Virus record (IMG/VR): IMGVR_UViG_3300049052_000004
Coordinates: 1 to 38,087 of that record
Strand: one strand, 5' to 3'
DNA from: a virus
Taxonomy: Duplodnaviria > Caudoviricetes
Length of the DNA stretch: 38,087 nucleotides
Below the pieces are notes generated by a model that was not told where the DNA came from, did no database searches, and saw nothing but the letters and a program-made list of their open reading frames with translations. The position numbers and the translations under genes were made by a program. This document shows, piece after piece, positions 33,181 to 38,087 of the stretch (positions are counted from its first letter, which is position 1; the number at the start of each line of letters is the position of its first letter).

Positions 33181-33525
33181 CTACAACCCCAGATCCTTAG
33201 GCTTCAGGATCTCGCCTGCCTGCTCTGCGAGCCGTTGGGCTGACGTGATGTGGAACGGTCGAGCAGCCATGCGGCTTGTGCCGAGCGCCACGTAGATGCT
33301 GTATCCGACCGTAGGACCGATCTCCCAGGCGAGAGGTCCAGCCTTCTCAGCGCGGGTGCTGTTGAGCATGCTGCTCGTGTCGACCGCGTGTACCGCCTGG
33401 ATTTCTTCCTTCATGAGGCCTGTGCCTACCTGAGCGAGCGTACGGAGCTTGGTCTCTGCCACGGTGTCGACCTTGCTTGCAGCCTGTGCCATGCGGGAGG
33501 CGAGCTGACCCATCGTGATGCTCAT
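33181..33525 (-). CDS. HK97 gp10-like neck/tail completion protein
   Basis: VDT..M..S and Y..YV..GTSRMAARPF motifs. Confidence 0.8.
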   Translation of the reverse strand: MSITMGQLASRMAQAASKVDTVAETKLRTLAQVGTGLMKEEIQAVHAVDTSSMLNSTRAEKAGPLAWEIGPTVGYSIYVALGTSRMAARPFHITSAQRLAEQAGEILKPKDLGL

Positions 33526-33932
33526 GACAGACCCTCCTTGCCTTCCTGGTTCACGGTCTCGAAGTCACTCGCCACTGCCTTGTGCAGCATGGCCATACCG
33601 TTCCGAGACACCTTGTCGACCAGCAGCACCTTACCGATCAGCTCGGGCTGGTTGACACAGCTCACCACACGAACAGCCATGCCCGCGTCAATGAGAGTGC
33701 TGCGGCTGACCTTGACGGAGTACGTGCTCTCTGTGCGAGACTCGACAGCGTTCTGGAGGTTGGTCTGCTGAACCACTGCCGGGACGCCATTGGCCAGCGG
33801 CTCCAGAGGCCGAGTGACCTCGAACCCGACCGTGACCGGCTCCCCTACAGCGAGGATGTCGACAGTGTCGAGCAGTACCACGCTGTCGAACAGCTGAGCA
33901 CCCTCAGCTAACATCTGTGTCAACATCGACAT
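33522..33932 (-). CDS. Head-to-tail stopper (start uncertain)
   Basis: Position and beta-rich character. Confidence 0.6.
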   Translation of the reverse strand: MSMLTQMLAEGAQLFDSVVLLDTVDILAVGEPVTVGFEVTRPLEPLANGVPAVVQQTNLQNAVESRTESTYSVKVSRSTLIDAGMAVRVVSCVNQPELIGKVLLVDKVSRNGMAMLHKAVASDFETVNQEGKEGLS

Positions 33933-34326
33933 GAGCAGCACCCCCCGACCGCATGTTGACCCGCTTGACGTGCGAGCTGTCCGGGATGGGAACGACCTGC
34001 AGAATGGTATTGCCTGTCGCTGAGACGATCGAGGACATACTCCGGTAGTAGATCACCAGGGAAGACCAGTCCGGAGCGTCCACAGCGACGCTGGTGCCCT
34101 CCGAGCTGACCTGCCTGACGACCTTCTGGGCTCGGAGAAAGCTGATGAGGTTGAGAGCCGCGAAGTACACGTCGTAGGTGCTCTCGTAGCCAGACTGACC
34201 CGGCCACACGTTGAACGAGTCGGGAATGAGAGAGCCGTCGAGAGCGCGCTGCTTCATAGCCGGGGTCAGCAGCTCGAAGCCGGGAAGCGGGCTAAGCAGC
34301 TCGTCCAGGTCGCTCATTGCAGTCAT
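33904..34326 (-). CDS. Head-to-tail adaptor
   Basis: AGGAGG SD; first gene after the head module; SSEGTSV strand. Confidence 0.6.
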   Translation of the reverse strand: MTAMSDLDELLSPLPGFELLTPAMKQRALDGSLIPDSFNVWPGQSGYESTYDVYFAALNLISFLRAQKVVRQVSSEGTSVAVDAPDWSSLVIYYRSMSSIVSATGNTILQVVPIPDSSHVKRVNMRSGGAAHVDVDTDVS

Positions 34327-34349
34327 CTCATCCTCCTGTTGGTAGAAGT

Positions 34350-34381
34350 GGGGGCAGGTAGATTACCCGCTACCTGCCCCC
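34350..34381 (-). terminator. Terminator/attenuator hairpin after the capsid genes
   Basis: 12-bp stem GGGGGCAGGTAG/CTACCTGCCCCC followed by ACTTCT on the minus strand. Confidence 0.7.
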
Positions 34382-34400
34382 GTGAACCCCTGGTGCTGCC

Positions 34401-34784
34401 CTACTCCGAGTCGTCCTCGGAGCCGGTGTCGTCGGAGTCGGAGTCGGCGTCCTCGTCCTCGTCCTCGTCCGCGGACTCGTCGGACTCGGTGAGCCGCTCG
34501 ATCAGCTCGGCCTTGTTGCCCGAGACCGTGAGGCCACGTTCCGACAGGAAGCTCTTCAGCTCCTCGACGGTGTACTCCGAGTAGCCCTCGTCCCCGTCCC
34601 CGTCCTCGTCCTCTGCCACCGGCTCGGGAGCCGGAGTAGGAACCGGGTAGCCGAGCCCGCGTCGCCGAGCTGCCAGCTTCTCAGCGGCCTCCCGTGCGTT
34701 GGCTGCCATGACCTCAGCAGCCTCAGACTTGGCCTCACGTCGCCGAGCGTCCCACTCGGTCTGCGTCACGCGCTCCATGGTCAC
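34401..34784 (-). CDS. SAP/HEH-domain acidic protein
   Basis: YTVEELKSFLSERGLTVSGNKAELIERL is a SAP consensus; GTGA coupling to the capsid gene. Confidence 0.8.
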   Translation of the reverse strand: MTMERVTQTEWDARRREAKSEAAEVMAANAREAAEKLAARRRGLGYPVPTPAPEPVAEDEDGDGDEGYSEYTVEELKSFLSERGLTVSGNKAELIERLTESDESADEDEDEDADSDSDDTGSEDDSE

Positions 34785-35710
34785 GGAGCCACAGCAGGCG
34801 TGATGACCGCGAACGGGTAGTCCGTGGCCTCTCCGGCTGCCGTGCTGAAGGCCGTGGCGAAGGCGACACGGAACTTGAACCGAAGGGCGACCATGTCGCG
34901 CTCAGCGAGGTTGATGCCGCCGACCGTTGCCTGGTCGAGCATCTTGACCTGGACGTCCTCGCGGATGCCAAGCACGACCTTCGAGCGGTCGCCCACGAGA
35001 GCGAGAGCGTCGTCGCGGTCCCAGCTGCGGTTGCCGACGTAGAAGAGGTCCTGGCCGTAGATGCTGGCCGTGGAGCCGTCCGAGCGGAGCGCGTCGAGAT
35101 AGATCGGCGCGTTGTCTGCGTCGCGGAGGCCTCGGAGCTGACGACGGAGGAAGCGACCCGTGAAGGCCACATTCACGTCGAACTCGTCGTCCTCCACCAG
35201 GCCGAAGGCCTCGTTGAAGTCCTCAGCGAGGTCGATTCCCGTGCCCTCGACGACCTGGTTCGCTGCGGCGATGGCACCCGGCACGAGCGCGGGGTCGGTC
35301 CAGGTGACCGGCTTGTTGACTCCGAAGAAGACCGCCTGGTCGAGGACTCGGCCGAACTCAGCAGCCACGAGCGGGCGAACAGCAGCCCACACGTCGAAGT
35401 TGGAGTCGGCGAGCGTGTTCTCGTGGACCGGGACGATGACCGCGATCTCCTCGGCGATCAGCTCCTTGTTGGTCCAGCTGACCTTGCTCGTGGGCTTGAC
35501 ACCCGTGGGCTCGGTGGCGTCGCCGTCCGTGACGAAGCCTGCCGTCGGCAGAGCAGCGAGGACGGGCATGCGAGCCGTGCCAGCCGACATGCGGATGGTG
35601 CGGAACGACGCCAGAGCAGCCGACTGAGTGCCGGTCTCCGGAGTGATGATCTCGTTGATGTCCTGACGGGCCAGTAGAGCCAGCGCGTCAGCACGGGTGA
35701 TGTCAGCCAT
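34781..35710 (-). CDS. Major capsid protein (HK97 fold, 309 aa)
   Basis: IAVIVPV, LDQAVFFG, LRGLRDA...PI, VGD.S, NLAERDMVALR; strongest codon bias. Confidence 0.93.
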   Translation of the reverse strand: MADITRADALALLARQDINEIITPETGTQSAALASFRTIRMSAGTARMPVLAALPTAGFVTDGDATEPTGVKPTSKVSWTNKELIAEEIAVIVPVHENTLADSNFDVWAAVRPLVAAEFGRVLDQAVFFGVNKPVTWTDPALVPGAIAAANQVVEGTGIDLAEDFNEAFGLVEDDEFDVNVAFTGRFLRRQLRGLRDADNAPIYLDALRSDGSTASIYGQDLFYVGNRSWDRDDALALVGDRSKVVLGIREDVQVKMLDQATVGGINLAERDMVALRFKFRVAFATAFSTAAGEATDYPFAVITPAVAP

Positions 35711-35749
35711 TGGACTGACTCCTTTCTGGCCGTGAGGCCTTGATGAGGT

Positions 35750-36298
35750 TTAGTTCGCTGCTTTGCGGAGAAGGGTGTTCATGTCCGGCTTTCCGCCAGC
35801 CGGAGCCGCTGCAGACGAGCCGAGAGCTGTTGATGTGGCCGTAGGGTTGGCCGCGTTCCAGTCCTTGACGATGTCTGCGATGTCCTTGTCGCTCTCGAAC
35901 AGAGCAGTCGTGAAGCTCTTGCTGTCGAGGGCTCGGCCGAGCGGACCGCCCACTGCCTGGATGAAGGCCTCCAGCCGGTCGGAGCGAGTCTGGAGAGTCT
36001 CGTAGGCCTCCTTGGTAGGACGGGCCTGCAGATCCTGCTCCAGCTGCGTCAGCTGTTCGCTCTTCTGCTTCAGCTCGGCAAGCTCAGTCTTCTGAGCGGC
36101 GAGCGTGGCCTTCTGAGCTGCCAGCGTCTTGACCAGCGGGTGATCTTCCGGGAGCTGAATGGGCTCGCTCGGTTCGGTACTGGCCGGAGGCGTCTCACCG
36201 TTACCTCCCGTTTCGGGAGTGGGAGCTGACTGCTGGCCCTGCTGCTCCGGATCTCCCGTTTCGGGAGCGGAGCCGTTGTTCTCGATCTCGGTAGGCAT
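35750..36298 (-). CDS. Capsid scaffolding protein (182 aa)
   Basis: Low-complexity N-terminus, coiled coil, C-terminal DMNTLLRKAA; precedes the major capsid gene. Confidence 0.8.
   Translation of the reverse strand: MPTEIENNGSAPETGDPEQQGQQSAPTPETGGNGETPPASTEPSEPIQLPEDHPLVKTLAAQKATLAAQKTELAELKQKSEQLTQLEQDLQARPTKEAYETLQTRSDRLEAFIQAVGGPLGRALDSKSFTTALFESDKDIADIVKDWNAANPTATSTALGSSAAAPAGGKPDMNTLLRKAAN
36205..36267 (-). repeat. Two identical 15-nt palindromic hairpins CTCCCG-AAA-CGGGAG, 48 nt apart
   Basis: 36205-36219 and 36253-36267; both encode PETG. Confidence 0.85.
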
Positions 36299-36317
36299 TT
36301 CGCCTGTCCTTCCTGTA

Positions 36318-36346
36318 ATTGTAGCGTGTAGAGGCCTGCTGAGCAA
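36318..36346 (-). promoter_or_regulatory. SigA-like promoter for scaffold and capsid genes
   Basis: TTGCTC-N17-TACAAT. Confidence 0.7.
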
Positions 36347-36427
36347 GCCCCTGTCTGTCCCGGCGAGTCGCCTAGCATTACTAGGGATTTGTCACCAGGT
36401 CTTCCTCCTTGGAAGTCTATAGGCCCT

Positions 36428-37060
36428 CTAGGGCTCTCGGTCTCGGGCCACATTCACTTCTCTGCGGTCAGCTGAGGGGAGCAGCGTACCCCGGTAGTCC
36501 ACCCGGCTGCGGAGAGTCGGTACGAGAGTGCAGCGTCCGTTCGGGTGGTCGTAGATCTCACGGTCCTCCACCACTAGCCCATCCTTAGCCAGGCACTCGT
36601 CACAGGTGCGGGGTCCGTTCTCGGCGCTCCAGACCATGACCAGGTCGTCAAGGCCCTCGATGCTGTCCCACGAGTTGTTCCAGTAGGCCCGTACTGTCTC
36701 TGTGCGAGCGAGCCGTTCGAGGCGCTTGTAGTTCTTGTCCAGGCCCGCGTTCAGCATGGCCCGAGCTGCGTCCTTGGCATTGAGGCCAGCTGTGATGCTC
36801 GCGCTGATTACAGCCTGCTTCATCTCGTCGTAGATCACACCAGCGACAGGGCTCAGACTCAGGGTGCGCGGAGTGGGGAAGTCTCCGTAGGCTCCCAAGC
36901 TTGCAGCCTGACCCCCGAGCTGCTCGATGAGACGGGTGCTCTGAGCCTGGAAGACCAGCAGGTACGCCTGGACGTCGGTCTGCTGAGGCAAGCCCCTGAC
37001 CCACGTCAAGTACAGCTTACGAAGCTCGCGCTCCAGGCGACCAGTCGGCACGGTACCCAT
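36428..37060 (-). CDS. MuF/gp7-like minor head protein
   Basis: RLARTETVRAY, W...RTCDEC...DG, HPNGRC. Confidence 0.88.
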   Translation of the reverse strand: MGTVPTGRLERELRKLYLTWVRGLPQQTDVQAYLLVFQAQSTRLIEQLGGQAASLGAYGDFPTPRTLSLSPVAGVIYDEMKQAVISASITAGLNAKDAARAMLNAGLDKNYKRLERLARTETVRAYWNNSWDSIEGLDDLVMVWSAENGPRTCDECLAKDGLVVEDREIYDHPNGRCTLVPTLRSRVDYRGTLLPSADRREVNVARDREP

Positions 37061-37063
37061 GAG

Positions 37064-38087
37064 CTATCCAGCGGCTCCCGGCTCGGGCGGAGCGATGACA
37101 CCCTGAGGCGCACCCTGCATCTGGCCGGGGTTGGCTGCGTAGGCGGCGATCTGGTCGGGGGTAGGCTCGCGCTTGGCCTGGTTGAAGCCGTCGTCGAGGT
37201 AGTCGTCCAGGTTCACCCCAGGGGTCACAACCTCTGCGATGTACTCCAGCGGGTACCCCATCTGGCTGAGGCTGATGCCGTGGGCGTCCAGCGACTCCTG
37301 AAGCAGGTCGTCACCCTGAGACCAGAACTCATAGACCGGGGTCTCGGTGCCGTCTGCGTTCTTCTCAGTGCCCTCCTTCTCGACTCCGAGCAGGTCAGCC
37401 AGGCGGGTCATCTCTTCGGTGAGGTCGTCACGCATGCGGGCCACCTTGTTGTTGAAGCGCTTGCTGAGCACCTTCAAGGCCACACCCGTAGGAGGCGTGC
37501 CCTGACCCGGCTTGAAGTAGTGCTGCGGAATGCCTGTGGCCTGGCTCACCTTGTCGATGATGCTGTCGTGGTAGCCGATCATGTCCTGGATGGTAGGAGG
37601 CGTGAGCTGACCGAACGGTCCCTCGCTGCTCGTGGTGAAGATGCGTCCTGCTGCCCCGTCAGCCTTCTGCTCCTTCAGAGCGTCGCTGCTCGGCTGCTGA
37701 GTCATGTACGGGTTGGTCGGCGGAAGCTCCACATTGAGCAGGTACCAGAAGGGGCGAGCGTACATCTCAGCTACGACGGTGAGGTCGATGATCGAGTGGT
37801 TCACGCGGTCCTGGAGTGCTGCCAAGCTCCCGCCGAAGCCCTTGTCGTCCAGCGCGAACCGGAAGAGGGTGTTCCCGCTCTGCTCCTCGACGAACATGTA
37901 GCCTTCCTTGTCGGCCTGTGAGAAGTCCTTAGGCACGGCCTTAGCGTACAGGCGGGTGACCCCGTTGCTGTAGGCGAACGTGACGTAGTCTTCCATCTTC
38001 TCCAGGCTCCGAGTGAAGATGGCTGCGACCGTGTACCGGCCATCGCTCATCATCTCGTAGTGCTCAGGGAAGTGGGGGGTGCCTGCG
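37064..38087 (-). CDS. Portal protein, C-terminal part (joins 448..1 through the overlap)
   Basis: SQATGIPQHYF...TGVALK motif typical of SPP1-like portals; between TerL and MuF. Confidence 0.85.
   Translation of the reverse strand, partial: AGTPHFPEHYEMMSDGRYTVAAIFTRSLEKMEDYVTFAYSNGVTRLYAKAVPKDFSQADKEGYMFVEEQSGNTLFRFALDDKGFGGSLAALQDRVNHSIIDLTVVAEMYARPFWYLLNVELPPTNPYMTQQPSSDALKEQKADGAAGRIFTTSSEGPFGQLTPPTIQDMIGYHDSIIDKVSQATGIPQHYFKPGQGTPPTGVALKVLSKRFNNKVARMRDDLTEEMTRLADLLGVEKEGTEKNADGTETPVYEFWSQGDDLLQESLDAHGISLSQMGYPLEYIAEVVTPGVNLDDYLDDGFNQAKREPTPDQIAAYAANPGQMQGAPQGVIAPPEPGAAG

Overview
The window is an apparently complete, circularly permuted ~37,968 bp genome of a lytic, high-GC actinobacterial siphophage. 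Bases 1-119 repeat 37969-38087, and the portal gene is split across that junction. The gene order resembles Microbacterium cluster EA-type phages (recalled from memory, not searched). The minus-strand arm encodes terminases, portal, head, tail, tape measure, minor tail and lysis genes. The plus-strand arm encodes small early genes, nucleotide metabolism, an SNF2-type helicase, a family A DNA polymerase, a Cas4-like exonuclease, a Sak4-like ATPase, an SSB-like protein, VRR-NUC and a RepB'-type primase/SF4 helicase. No integrase, repressor, CRISPR array or reverse transcriptase was seen. The main observation is a T4-like cytosine hypermodification pathway at 7353-11738. Its thymidylate-synthase-family gene carries the motifs and the cytosine-specifying Asp of T4 gp42 dCMP hydroxymethylase. 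It is co-transcribed with a TET/JBP-associated (GREB1/JGT-like) glycosyltransferase, a dNMP kinase, a gp56-like dCTPase and a dCMP deaminase. Other notable items are a tRNA-like RNA with the alanine identity element (G3-U70, A73) but a shrunken anticodon arm, a hidden 27-aa CxxC peptide after the holin, and a family of 11 SigA-like promoters, several leaderless or overlapped by hairpins. There is also a long nested hairpin between the two divergent arms. All family assignments come from motifs read by eye; no database search was run.
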